A DNA stretch of 64,000 bases from Phoronis australis. Lineage: Eukaryota; Animalia; Phoronida. Of the stretch, positions 1 to 13,150 are shown one piece after another. A model generated the notes under the pieces. It saw only the letters and a list, made by a program, of their open reading frames with translations, did no database searches and had not been told where the DNA came from. Both the position numbers and the translations under genes were made by a program. The DNA lies in NCBI GenBank assembly GCA_002633005.1, contig NMRA01000187.1, forward strand, positions 305,740-369,739. Direction: 5' to 3'. The first letter of the stretch is position 1; every line of letters begins with the position of its first letter.

Positions 1-518
1 TTCCTCGTCACCACTGCTGTGAACAAGGTCTCCGTCACTCACACTACTGTCACTGTGATACGGGTCACCGACTCCAGCCATTTTCAGCTTACAACACACT
101 AAACAATCCCTAAATCCAACGCAGTTGAGTTCTCTACTAACATATCTTGCCGCAGAATACTCGCCGATGGAAAGTGGTGGCGACAATTGGTGAAAAACAG
201 CACAAAACAAAAGTAGAATAGAACAGATTCGCACAGTAAGCTCAACGCAAAACCAAGTGGCGGGAAGCGCTTGTCTCCTAAAACGTCACTTCCGGAAAAG
301 CGGACGAGTAATTAATGAAATTACGAAAAGCTGTAATTAAGTGAAAAATATGTCTAGGATAACCAACCAACCTTATTTTAGCTCAAAATGACATGGAAAA
401 AGGTTGCCTTCGCCTTTAAAGTCGGATATTATTGGGATGCATTTTATGCGCTGGCGACGATAACGTCCACTTTGGCAGCATAGGAATCCGGCGTCATAAC
501 TTTAAATTCGTATTTTAG

Positions 519-3500
519 GTTGTTACTTGGCTCAAAAACGACGTGGTCTTTGCTACGTTATACTACCACGAGCCGGATAAAACAGGTCACAGTTATGGAC
601 CAGAGAGCTCTGAACTTATTGCGAAGCTCAAAGAAGTTGACGGCTACTTGGGAGATTTGCTGGATTCGTTGGACACCAACGGACTGTCCAGTACTGTCAA
701 TCTCATTGTGGTCAGCGACCATGGGATGGACACGCTCAATCAGGTAAAGTCCAACGTAATAAGGCATCACTTTGACCTGATTGTTGAATCTCGTTGAGTT
801 TTACGGTACAGCGAAAACTACCGAGTGTAGTCTACATTTCGTTAAAAAGATTTGTGAATTCCATATTCTGCTCGGTGGCAGCTTTTCGTTAACACAAACT
901 TTGTTGAAAACACGACTAAACTTTTTGCATGAGGCTGAGTCGCTCGTAGTGTCCAAACAACCTCCTTTATTCGAAGAAATGAGATTAATTGTTTCAACGG
1001 AATTTCACATATGCATATGGTGTGATCTGAAGTTAGCAGTTGGAAAGAGGCCATGGTAAGGAGGGTACGGTGGGTAAATGGTAATGTCATTAAAAAGTAG
1101 AAATAATGTGCAAATATGAACAAACATTCTGCAAAGATGTGCGTGGTAACCGCCATGATATACCCATTCAAATCATCCCACGATGAACATATATGTAGCC
1201 TACAAGACCAGTCCGACTAATGGAGGAGTTGACGTATTGATGAATCAGTGTGGTGTGTGAGGGTGTATGTGTGTTTGGAAGGGGTGCTGTGGGTGATGCC
1301 AGTCCGCGTGCGATAAGAGTGTGGGTATTATAAGTAATACCAGTCCATCGGAGGTAAGGGGGACATGGCGCGGCTGAGGTATTCCACTTGGTCTGGTGTA
1401 AACGGGGCATGGCGGCTGGGGCATACCGTCCATCTGGCGTAAAGGGTGCATAGCCGCTGGATCTGAGGTAAGTAGGGCCGAGGGCATGGCAGCGTTAAAA
1501 GAATGGACATGTAAGGGCGTGAAGGTGGAGAAGTGAAGGGGGGTTGCCCGAACGGAATTTGGTTCATGAAGGGAACATGAAGCAAGGGTGTGGGGTTTAC
1601 ACAGTTCATGGATCAGAGAGCGCATAGTTCTAGGTACATTGCTCCAACAAACGTTTGGAAAACTGCCTCGGGAACGCCCTGTAAAGCTGCAGTTGTGTCA
1701 AGACTGATGAGGAACCTGTGGTTTGTAAAGGGAGAGTGAACAGCGATGAACTAGTAGGTGATGATGTGAGCTTTCAAGAGAACAATGAGCGTGTGAGTGG
1801 AGAGTATATGGGGAAGCAAGTCAGACAAAGGACATGTCCGCGTTTTACGGAAGTGCCCGGCCAGTCTGACTGAATCCACTATACACATATATATTTCACG
1901 GTAATGCCCACACACACAGACAACCACGTGCGCACGCACGCATGCACGCACACACACACACGCAAACCTTCACACATACATTTCACACTAATGCCGTCCA
2001 ACTGTTCTGGCTTCTGAATTTACAGCGCAGACGCGTTAAAATACACCGTTATACTTCAGGCCAACATCATCGACCTTGAACAATGGACAGAATACAAAAC
2101 TATCGCAAGTAATGTCGAATTCACGATTGATTGGGGGACTTCTATCCAGATCCAACCAATCAAGGGCAAGCAGGACGCAGTTTATCAAGCACTGGCTGAT
2201 AAACATGACCATTTGACTGTATATAAAAAGCAGGATATTCCAGATAGATTCCACTACAAGAACACAGATCGAGTTCGAGACATCATAATTCTTGCGCATC
2301 AGGGTTACAGTGTACGATTCGTAAGTAAGAACAGCCTTAACATTTCGTATATGCTAGATATTGCACAACGTTTTGGTCGGCAATTTTTTTACCATGGTCA
2401 CGTGAGCAACGAGCCCTGTTGGATAGCAAATTCATATTTACGACAATTATTATTATAAGTACAACCATCAAACAATAATATTCATTATCATTTTTATTAT
2501 TATAATGTAACTGCCAAGATTTGAACCTGTGATCCTTGAAGTTGAATAGCTTTTCTTTTCGTCATGTATAATTCTTTTAGTGCATTCTAAAATCGTTCAT
2601 GCGCGCCGGGGCTCGGGGAGCTCGAACGCGTCCCCTTTTTGGCGAAGCAGGCAAGTAGGTCCGCCTCATAGAAACAAAAAATCCGAGAAAACGAAACAAA
2701 AGTCCACAGGAATTCAGCGCAAATGCCAACTTTGTAGGTCTGAACGTAGTACTCTGTTTTTTAAGTCCCCGTTTTTTCAGTAAAAGGTCCACATACTGAG
2801 AAATTCGAGATCCCCAATATTTAGGTTAGGTGCGCGCATGTCGTTAGTTTAAATCTTTGCAGTGACCATCAATTTGCAACATCAACAACAAAAACAACAA
2901 CAATAATAATAAAGTAATAGTAATAATAGTAATAGTAACAACAACAACAATAATAATTAGAATCAACTGCTGATCAAAGGGAAATAGTTGTCCGAAATGT
3001 TGTGCAATAGCTAATATCCAATGCGCCGTGATTGGTTCAGTTGTTCTAAACATTGAATTATATAATTTTGTCAGATCACCACTGTCAAAACGGTTTCAGG
3101 AAGTCATCATAAAATGTATTGATTTAAAGGTACGCGCAACTCAGTCATAGACCTAGCCTATTGGCAGACATATGAATTAAGATGAGATTAATCACTAAAT
3201 ATTTGAAGTAAAGCAATGCTCTATAACCGTCAACAACTCTCCTAACAAGTCTTGCACGCCTGCACTAAAACAAGGTTCCTTATGAGTAAGATGTGAATTA
3301 AAGTATTGAAAGATAATTAAAGGATGTCACGAGAAGGCGGAGTTTAAAAATACGATTTAATCGCGGATGGACGTGTGATATAGTTTGTCTTTCCACCCAC
3401 AAGACCCAACAATTGATTTCAGAATAACCTTCAAACCTTAACAGACAAAGGCGTGCACGGATACGACAATGAACTCGCTACTATGAAGACCATGTTCCGA

Positions 3501-3785
3501 GCCAAAGGTCCCGCCTTTCGGGAAGACTACACGGTGACAAAGCCCTTCAGTATTGTGGACATATACTCTTTACTGTGCAACATCACCACTGTTAAAGAAG
3601 CCATCAATGATGGGAACTTCAGGAATGTGAAAGGAATGTTGAAAAGTTCAACGATCCAGCCGACGGGATTTCCGAGCAATGCACAGAAAATAACAACACG
3701 GGCGAGAGAGATTAGCGCTGCAAGCATAAAGGACGTTTCCTTCGTCATAGTTCCCATCTGTATGGCGTATTCTCTACTATTTTGA
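519..3785 (+). CDS. Ectonucleotide pyrophosphatase/phosphodiesterase (ENPP4/5/6/7-like), last three coding exons; the 5' part lies outside the window
   Basis: Exons 519-743, 2060-2320 and 3423-3785 have AG/GT boundaries and are all phase 0. Translation gives the metal-binding motifs LYYHEPDKTGHSYGP, LIVVSDHGM, IPDRFHYKN and GVHGYDNELATMKTMFRAKGPAF. Hydrophobic C-terminus (VSFVIVPICMAYSLLF) suggests a GPI or TM anchor. AATAAA at 3835. Confidence 0.9.
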
Positions 3786-4272
3786 AAAGCTACCAAACCC
3801 TGTTCTGGCACAAACACACGCTATAAAATTTAAAAATAAAGCTCTGCCAACCCTACGTGTGGACTTATCTACAAGTCTGAAGTTTTAGCGAAATATCGAC
3901 AAAGCTATAAAATGTAACTGCAAAGGATATATTTTCTGAAATTAGAAATTCTGAGAAATTTGATTTTTAACGTGATACTAATCTGAAAATAATTAGGTCA
4001 GGCGACCTTACTTTGTCGAAAACTTTATCGAAAAGGACGGGTACATTCAATGCAAAGTAACAGGTTCAATAACATGGACGAACTTAGCATGATTTGGATA
4101 ATCACCATAAAGTCTCAAAAATGCTGCGAAAGTTTTCTAAATTGTGTTTCGTTGTCTTTTGATACAGCTTCAAATTTCTTTCATAAAAATTATGTTTGTC
4201 CTGTTGCTGTTATTCCCTTATGTGAAATTCAAATAGTTTAAAAACGATTCCTAGCATCGTATCTGAAAATTT

Positions 4273-4418
4273 CATGTGAATCCGGTCAGCCACTAAGTGT
4301 GACATACCATGTGAATCCGGTCAGCCACTCAGTGTGACATACCATGTGAATCCGGTCATCCACTCAGTGTGACATACCATGTGAATCTGGTCAGCCAATA
4401 AGTGTGTGACATGCCATG
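4273..4418. repeat. 35-bp minisatellite, about 4 copies
   Basis: Unit catgtgaatccggtcagccactaagtgtgacatac starts at 4273, 4308, 4343 and 4378. Confidence 0.95.
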
Positions 4419-5027
4419 TTCTGAAGTTGACCAAACTTGGATACTTTTTTCTGGAATCCTACATAAAACTTCGAATGAACGACCTTGGTTGCATGTATAT
4501 TAACCGATATAGAGAAAAGGAGTGGTGTAATGTATCCTGACAAGTTACGGTCCGCGACTGTCCTGGGAAAGAATGAAAGAATGACTGTTGTCTGTACTGA
4601 ATCTGCCCTATGTATTGGAATGCTTCAATTGAATGACCTTCTGATCTTCTGACGGTTGCCTCCGTAGCAGATCGTGCTCTCTCTGGCATCAGTACAAGTG
4701 CGTCATCCATTTGTATCATTCTAATAAACATGACAGATTACAGGAAAGAGACATCCTAAAACAGACTGGGATTTGATTACATTGGCGGGCTACATTACAT
4801 CGGACCCTTCTGTTTACATCGTTGTTAGCAAGCTATCTTCCCTACCTTCAAGCAACTTGGCTATATTAACCAATCTCTGAAGTGACGTCCACTGTATAGA
4901 TTATTATTTTCGTCTTCGTTGATCTCCATTGTGATACAGCGGCGTAATACTGTGGAGAGATTGTGGTCATTTGAACAAACGAAGAAGTTTAACAGGTGCT
5001 GACAACAGATTGTGTGGATATATATAC

Positions 5028-5455
5028 ATGTAGTTCTGTCACAGACCTATAGATACTTACCATGTAGTTCTATCACAGACCCATAGATACTTACCATGTA
5101 GTAGCCCGTGCCCTTGATGGTCACGTGTCAGACCCATAGATACTTACCATGTAGTAGCCCGTGTCCTTGATGGTCACGTGTCAGACCCATAGATACGTTA
5201 CCATGTAGTAGCCCGTGCCCTTGATGGTCACGTGTCAGACCCATAGATACATGTACGTTACCATGTAGTAGCCCGTGCCCTTGATGGTCACGTGTCAGAC
5301 CCATAGATACGTTACCATGTAGTAGCCCGTGCCCTTGATGGTCACGTGTCAGACCCATAGATACTTACCATGTAGTAGCCCGTGCCCTTGATGGTCACGT
5401 GTCAGACCCATAGATACTTACCATGTAGTAACCCGTGCCCTTGATGGTCACGTGT
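5028..5455. repeat. 53-54-bp minisatellite, about 7 copies, preceded by shorter related units
   Basis: Unit cagacccatagatac(g/t)taccatgtagtagcccgtgcccttgatggtcacgtgt repeated head to tail; it explains the repetitive ORF 5128-5358. Confidence 0.95.
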
Positions 5456-6649
5456 GAGAAAAACTCTAGGGTATGACAAGGTTGACTCTTGCAAACGCCG
5501 TAAGGCTTTGAGGCAGTCTCAATTTCTGAAAGTTCAGAGTGGCGCTGAGAAACACAAGGATACCACTAGTGAACAGAATGAGGTTGAAGCAGTGGCTTTT
5601 AAGAAGAAAGATAAGCAATCACCTCCAAAGCGACAAGACTAGTGGTCAAAGTCCTGCTATTTCTGGGTGATAGTGCAGCATCCGAGGAATGCAAAATGTC
5701 TTGTGTGCGCCCCAAGTGGCGAATAAGCAACATTAATTTAGCGGCGGGGTCTGCACCATGTAAACACTGATAAATTCATACTTTAATGACGTTTGACGTG
5801 AAATAAAGTTACTGTGTGATTGAAAATGGGTAAAATGCGTAAGCTAACATCCAGTTATAGTTGACTAAGGATGAAAATGTGTGTTTTAATCACTATTAGG
5901 TGTTCTTGCTTTCATGCTCTTGAAGCTCCCTTCAAAAGCCATCATGTTTTTGTTTCATGTTTGAGTTCTTAATAAGACAAACTACTGTTCCTTATAGCAT
6001 TTCATACCTTCATGGACTATATAATTTTTCTGAATGCTCCTGGGCGTTCAAGTGGAGTTGCCCCCAGGTGCCCACAAACGTGATACAAGGGAGGAGTGCA
6101 AACTAGGTAAAAAACAGGTGTGCGCCAAATGGGTGTTGACCCACTCCCAGGGCAAAGGCGGATCTACATGAGATCAGGGTGTTCAACTCCCTGGGGACAG
6201 GATTAAAAATAAAAAAATGCCGCCAGAAAAGGTAAGCAGTTACTAAAAACCGAAAAACTCTTAAATGGGAGGAGGGAAACCCCGGCCCTCCCGACCTTCC
6301 CTACACTCGGGGCTAAGCGCCTCGGATTCGCGCAAATCCTAACCCCTCCCCTTACAGAAAACGTAGATCTGTCATTACAAGGGGTACATGGGTGGATGGC
6401 TAAACAGGTAAAACCAGGTGGGCGCCAAATGGGTGTTGACTGCCTCCCAGGGGAGTGCTTATGAGGAGTGCAAAACAGGTAAAAACCAAGGGGTGGGCCA
6501 CAATGGTGTTGAGCCTCTTCCCTCGTCACACATTTTGGTTGTCAGATACATGTACCTCTGAACATTAATAACATGTGCTGAGGGGCTGATAAGAATTGGC
6601 CCTCGCTTTGTGCTTGCCCCCCCCCCCCGTAGTGACCAAGGGTCCATGC

Positions 6650-6910
6650 CCCTGTGGTTATGTCAGGGCCATCCTCTGTATTTTCCAAATGGTGCTCCCG
6701 GTTCACTGCCGGTTTCATTTCAAAGCAACAATTTGGCATGTGTTCCCTATTCAATGCGCCAGGCTACTAGCAATGCAGACAATTGTTTTGTGCAGTGGGT
6801 ATTACAAAAGGAAGAAGAAGAAAGCAAGACAGTTCATCACTGCCAAACATTGCAGTACACTCTGCTGCCCTTTCCATATACTTCTAGAACATTCCATCGA
6901 CAGAACAGGG
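6650..6910 (+). mobile_element. Possible decayed piggyBac-like C-terminal Cys-rich domain
   Basis: Switching frames gives roughly C..C...KRKK.ESKTVHHCQT(C)STLCCPFP..SRTFH, resembling the CxxC...CxxC.V.LC..CF..FH tail of piggyBac transposases. Several frameshifts are needed. Confidence 0.3.
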
Positions 6911-7780
6911 TAAACTCCCCAGTCTCCCACTATAATCGCCAATAGTTACAAGTCAGTTGCTGATCTGTAGAATAGGTCACAACTTACAAAATCTATTAAC
7001 ATTGAGTATAACATCACTCATAACTAGTCAAACTTGCAAAATGTCATGACATACTATTTTAAGACGTACTGAACAGCAATCAAAATATTTACTACCCACA
7101 CAACTTCATACAAAATTGAACTAAAAAGACATAGATGACAAGACCAAAATTTAATTTCATATACCCACTATTCCTCTTATCAATACCAGGACATATTTCA
7201 GGTAAGTTAGAGCCCGACCACGTGATCATATCTACTACCTAGCCACAACTGGGGCTTATCACAATCTCCAAAAAGTACAAAATAGGCAACACAAGAAAAC
7301 AAGAAAATCTGACGAACCTTCCCACTCTCTATTAATTCACTAGTGAACAATAGCTCTTTTTGCCAAAGAAATGCGTTATAAAGTTACTCACAGAGGTGTT
7401 TGTCATTAAGAAGCAAACTGATTCTGAATCCTCATCTCACCAAAGGTGGGACAAACCAACATGACCTCTTCAAATAACACTGTTGTGAGATGAGTGTAGA
7501 CAACACGAGCAGACAAAATGTATTTCATCTTCTACGCATGGGACAGTGCAAAAATCACACAAAAACTCCTAAAAACTAGTAAAAATACCAAAACGTCCAG
7601 TTCACTCTTTCAGAGAAAATAGGGACTTTTTACTGTCTTAAGAAATGTAAAATTTTTAATTAAATTCTGTTTGATAGAGGCGCATAGCGCAGAATGGGCG
7701 TGGGGGAGACATCAAGGAAAAATAAAACAAAAAAAGAAAAGCAAAAAATACTGAGAAAATATAAAACTAAGAAGTCGTAA

Positions 7781-9065
7781 ATGCCACGGACTTCATCTCA
7801 CGACCTGTCTGCCAAGGCACGCGTGCTCTACCACTGCGCCATCAAGCTTGCACTTTCAAGATCATGCTAACAGACGTTCTTTATGGTCCACAACGTTTGC
7901 GCGCTAATCTACTTCTTCCCGTAATGCTTATTGCACACTTTGTATTTGGTCCAACCAGTTCGGAGCAAAAGTTGTTGTGTTTAAAGTAGTCTTCAGCTGC
8001 CCATAAAACTCGCCATCGCCCGTGGATATCTTGAAAGCCCTGCCTCTAAAAGTAACGAATTACTGTAATCACTCTACCCGTTCCTGAAGAATTTTGCTTC
8101 ATTTGGAGATGACTTTATTTTAAGTCGAAGTTAACTCTAATTGGTAATTCCTACTGGCGCGACGTATTTGGAAGTATGGCATCTTTCTACAAGAAAATAA
8201 TTGTTGCGACTAAAGAGAACTTTTTGAATCAACATTTGTGGTTTAATGGTAACTTGGCGATCGGAGGCACAAGTGTTTTTTATAAGCCTTGTGTCAGAAT
8301 ATGGTCTGACAGTATTTTTAGTTGTATTGTTTTGTTTTGTTATTCTGTTTGATTGGCATGACCCCTGAGTTAAGTACAATGATGATGTAATTTGTTTACT
8401 ACAGCATAGTGTGGAACTTTCTAGAAGACTCTAGCATGACAGTGATTAATGCAGTCTGGAATATTCTAGAGACTAGTACATGTTTGTAGAATGATTGGGT
8501 AGATTCCAGAAAGTTCTGGTATGTGCTTGAATTGATGANTTGCGCGCTAATCTACTTCTTCCCGTAATGCTTATTGCACACTTTGTATTTGGTCAAACCA
8601 GTTCGGAGCAAAAGTTGTTGTGTTTAAAATGGTCTTCAGTTGCCCATAAGACCAAATCCGTTTTTCGTGTTGGCATGTTTGACAAAGAGAGAATTGTGCA
8701 ATTGAGTTTCTGAGAGATTCACTATACCTTCGATTAAAATTTGCATCTTACCAGTAGCTTAATATGTTTTCTTCAACGTTACTTAAATCCCGTTTTCTTT
8801 GAAAAAATGAACTAATTTTCTTCTTTGCACAGTGGGGCAGACGACGGACACGGAGTGGTAGTGTGCAGCGTCACTGCCGGTCGCGTGGGATATATCACGC
8901 ACACATGGACCGTGATCGCCATAGTTTCGTTACGATTGCGCTGGTGGTCTGAATCGGACACGAGTAATCGGGCCTGTGCCCCCCTCCCCCTGCACACGCT
9001 CCCACACAAACTAAAACTGTACATAATGCTAAATATTGTTTCAGCTCTATAATGTTAATTACCGA
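7781..9065 (-). repeat. Dispersed repeat with an internal tRNA-like segment (copy 1, split by the N join at 8539)
   Basis: Colinear similarity to 50697-51338, for example agaccaaatccgtttttcgtg, tttgacaaagagagaatt, ttgcacagtgg.gcagacgacgga.acggagt and ttaattaccg. tRNA-like segment at 7781-7843 on the minus strand. Confidence 0.75.
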
Positions 9066-10279
9066 AACAGAGAAGATGACGATATCGATGATAGTTGTGA
9101 GACATTTTAATGTAAAGTATGTTTAAAAACATACTATACATCGATGTTGCCGTTTACCAACATAGTAGCAGCACTCCTTTAGTATCAAGATTTTCTCGAA
9201 TACCTACTAGTCGTCGGTTATCTGATTGGCTCCGGCGCGTACGGCGGGAAACGGTAGTCAATGTGCATGTGTGCATTGTACCAACATAATGTAAATTTTT
9301 TATTAGAGCCGGTCTATTACAGAACTTTTGCTTTTTTGCGCATTCTGATGTGTCTGCAACTTGAGCCTTTTGGGCTCTATCAGAGGGGGTTAACATAGGG
9401 GTAGAGACCGACGTGCTTTATACTCAAATGGGCATCGAAGACTGCGTCTAGGGAAACAAGCCATTATTTTAAAAGGGCCAACCTTAGTAGGGGCGGATCC
9501 AGGGTTTTTTAAAAGGTGTCGGATCAGGAATTTCTGTCTATATTAGACAAAAATATCTTAGATTTTTGGGGGTTAATTTTGGACATTCAATTGGATAGTA
9601 TGGTGCATAAGAACTTCACTGCAAGAATAACTGAGATTAAGTCTTTCTTAAAAAGTTGGATTCGACGAAATTTAACGCCGTTTAGTATAGTAACTGTAAT
9701 TAAAAATTAACTAAACTTAACTTTTTGTCAAGTTCGCCGAATTCACCTGTAAAAGTCTTGGATGAATTGAATACGACACTTTTTAGATTTATAAGGCAGG
9801 CTCGTAATGATAAAATTTAACGAACTACGGCCTGTTTAGGGCTTGATCAAGGGGGACTTCAAATGGTTAGTATGCACACTTTCAGCAAACTTAAGCTTTA
9901 AAACTCGCCATCGCCCGTGGATATCTTGAAAGCCCTGCCTCTAAAAGTAATGAATTACTGTAATCACTCTACCCGTTCCTGAAGAATTTTGCTTCATTTG
10001 GAGATGACTTTACTTTAAGTCGAAGTTAACTCTAATTGGTAATTCCTACTGGCGCGACGTATTTGGAAGTATGGCATCTTTTTACAAAATAAAATAATTG
10101 TTGCGACTAAAGAGAACTTTTTGAATCAACATTTGTGGTTTAATGGTAACTTGGCGATCGGAGGCACAAGTGTTTTTTATAAGCCTTGTGTCAGAATATG
10201 GTCTGACAGTATTTTTAGTTGTATTGTTTTGTTTTGTTATTCTGTTTGATTGGCATGACCCCTGAGTTAAGTACAATGA

Positions 10280-10658
10280 TGATGTAATTTGTTTACTACA
10301 GCATAGTGTGGAACTTTCTAGAAGACTCTAGCATGACAGTGATTAATGCAGTCTGGAATATTCTAGAGACTAGTACATGTTTGTAGAATGATTGGGTAGA
10401 TTCCAGAAAGTTCTGGTATGTGCTTGAATTGATGAAAAGTTCTAGAACAATGCATAAGGCTATAAATACACAAGCACGGGTTTGTGTTAGTGAGTTGAGT
10501 CCAAAAAGATCAAGTCGGGAGATCAAGTCAGTTCAAGAAAGTCAATCAGGAGAACTACAGTTGAGTTGCAGTGAAGAGAATCAGCAGTTACAGCGATAGT
10601 CAATAGAGAGCCAGCTATAGAGACAGCAGGTNCAACCCCATCACCATCTCATACTTCA
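10280..10658 (+). mobile_element. LTR of an LTR retrotransposon (solo, or collapsed at the N at 10632)
   Basis: Starts TGATGTA and ends TACTTCA (near-perfect terminal inverted repeat). Repeated ttctaga motifs and TATAAATA at about 10460. Partial duplicate at about 8383-8538. No clear TSD. Confidence 0.55.
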
Positions 10659-11499
10659 GAGAAGCACTTTTATTTTTATTAAGGGTACCCATTACCCATT
10701 GCTTGGCCAGTTTTCAAACACCGTAACTGATTAAGAATCCCACGCACTACCTGCTGGTCCATTTTCAGACCTCCTGGACAAATCCCTGTACATGTATATG
10801 CGCATGAAAAAGTCCTCTAAAACTAAGATCAAAGTTCATACTAAAACTAATCAAAATCTTCGAGATCATACGCGAAAAGAGGACGGTGGATACGAGAAGT
10901 GTCGTGTTATTGGACATACAAAGTGTCACGCAATGCTTCTTGTACTACACAAAAGCGGCCGAGCATGGTGGCAGTGCGCCATTGGAATTTGCAATTTCAG
11001 AAAAATAACAGGTACGGATATTTACGATTGAAAACATAATACTTTCAGTGATGTCCAAGACACCGGCTTTCCAAACCAGTATTTAATCAATTGGGTGTTG
11101 TTCCGACTTACCAGCTAAAAGTTTCACAATGTGTAAATTCCGTTCATGCGGCGGACTCAAAACCACAGTTTCTTGAAGGTATGCTAGGTTTAGTGTATGA
11201 TGCATTTCTACACAACACTTCAGAAAACTGCATTCTGTTTGAAGAAAACAAGTGCTATTGAAACACAAAGTCATTTTATTTTGCTCAGTACACATAGATA
11301 AGATTATTTTCCCCAAACAGCCACCACTCAAATCTCTCCCCCATGGAAGCCCCTAATTTGCGTCATCTTTCATTTTTTCCAATTTCGCCCAGTGTGGACG
11401 CCAGTCCCCTAGCTACGATAATGATGACCACAACAATATCGTAAGAATAGACAACAACTAAAACATGTTCATAATTTCCTACAGTTTATGATGATAACT

Positions 11500-13150
11500 C
11501 ATTCATGACTGACTTCAAGCTCCAACTCATTCATTGAGGCAAACTCGTGGGCAGCAGCAGCATCAGCATCTTCAATATTCTGAATTCGAGACGCGGTAAC
11601 CATACGGGAAAAATCCAGCAATCTGCTACTCCGACAGCCACTCTTCAGAGGAGAAAAATTTTCTTTGCTAATTCCTGGCTTCTCGCATCATCTTTAGAAC
11701 CTCAGCTGGCTGTTGTTTTCAGCCTGACTGAGTGACTGTTCACCTTCAGAAAATATATCACTGGGTTAAGTCTTTACCTTCTCAGAGAAGTGGACCGCTT
11801 TTCTAGTACTTTTCAGGGCCCAATCCTGCGGCGACTTGATCAACAACGTAAACGGCAGACAACTCAGGTGATGATACAGCTGTGGTAGTAGATAAAATCT
11901 CAGATTGTCTTTAAATGTGGTCGAACTGAGTCTCGTTCTGGAGAGATGATGGATGAGCACCAACATCCAAGTGCTCGTTTAGCTCAGCATCTGTAGGAAA
12001 AGATTTCGAGCACCCATAGTGTGTGCATGTGAACTTCGTATGACGTTCACGGGATACCAGCCCCGACTCAACCCTTGGTGTTGTAAAACACTTGAGTGTT
12101 GCAAGGTGAAGACTTTTCAGAGGCAACAGTTTACATGACTTGTTGATGACAAGTTTTCCCTCCCCTACTCTATGGGCCTTCCATGCTCGAATGCCATCTG
12201 CGGAATACTCAAAGTTTGTCAGCAAACTTATCCCTGGGATACTGTGCTTGGGAAGGACCTTTGGGGCATTCACACTACAGGACGACACCTAACAGCCTTT
12301 GACACCTCCTCTAGACTCTAGCGCATGTTTCAGGTCGACTGCATTTTGAACGTTGTTGCCTTCATTGACGAAGTACTCGGCTTCAGTTAAAATGAAGGCT
12401 TGTGTGCAAAATCTACTAAGAGAAAAATAATGCATCACTGTCAAGCTTTTGTTGGGAAATGACAAGAAAAAGACTAGATATTAAGTGCACACTCCCTGTA
12501 TCTTGTACTGTTACAGTAAATCAAAAAAAAGAGGTGAAAGCAACAACATTGTTCATCAATGGCTTTCTGTTTAATATTGAGCACATCTGAGAATCACTTT
12601 GTAACACCTTGAATACTAATTGAGGATTTATTTTTACCTGATGGCTTTCACCTTTCTTTGTGATACAAGCCACCACGTGCCATGAGATCCTTCTTACCGA
12701 ACCAGTGGGACTGTGCTTCACAAAAACTGATGGGTATGAACTTCATTGCCAAATCCATTACAACCAAAACTTGGTGTGGGGTGAGAGATGGCATCAAATT
12801 CTGTTTTGCTTGTTCCTGGTTTATCCCTCTGACAATATTCTGTGTGTTCGTGATAAAAGCATGTCAGTTTTTGTCTATTAAAATCATGTCCAAACTCATG
12901 TCGATGTGTAAAATAAATAACGGCGGATTTCCATTGGTTTGCCAGTCCAACCTCCTATCTGCAGCTCTGGCAAGAATCAGTTGTAATTCCGATATACTTT
13001 CAATCTTCTGTGGCATTTTGAACGACCTCAGATGACTTCTGACGACTTTAAAACAGCTAATGAAGGCCACATTTCCTCCGCGATCACACGTATGTAACGA
13101 AAATTGACCAAATGTACAAGAAGGAAATTCCTCCATATTCTTTGCAGTGA
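11500..13150 (-). pseudogene. Degenerate Sola3-type DNA transposase
   Basis: Frameshifted motifs MDLAMKFIP.SF.EAQSHWFGKK/GISWHV (about 12670-12765), YFVNEGNNVQNAVDLKHALESRGGVKGC, IPGISLLTNFEYSADGIRAWKAH.VGEG, C2H2-like FTCTHYGCSKSF..HLDVGAH, and WALKSTRKAVHFSEKVK. A possible element end lies next to TTAA at 13900-13903. Confidence 0.7.

Noticed and set aside
4273-5455. Regular 35-bp and 53-bp repeats as a CRISPR-like array
   Set aside because: The units are contiguous with no unique spacers, there are no cas genes, and the context is eukaryotic and intron-containing.
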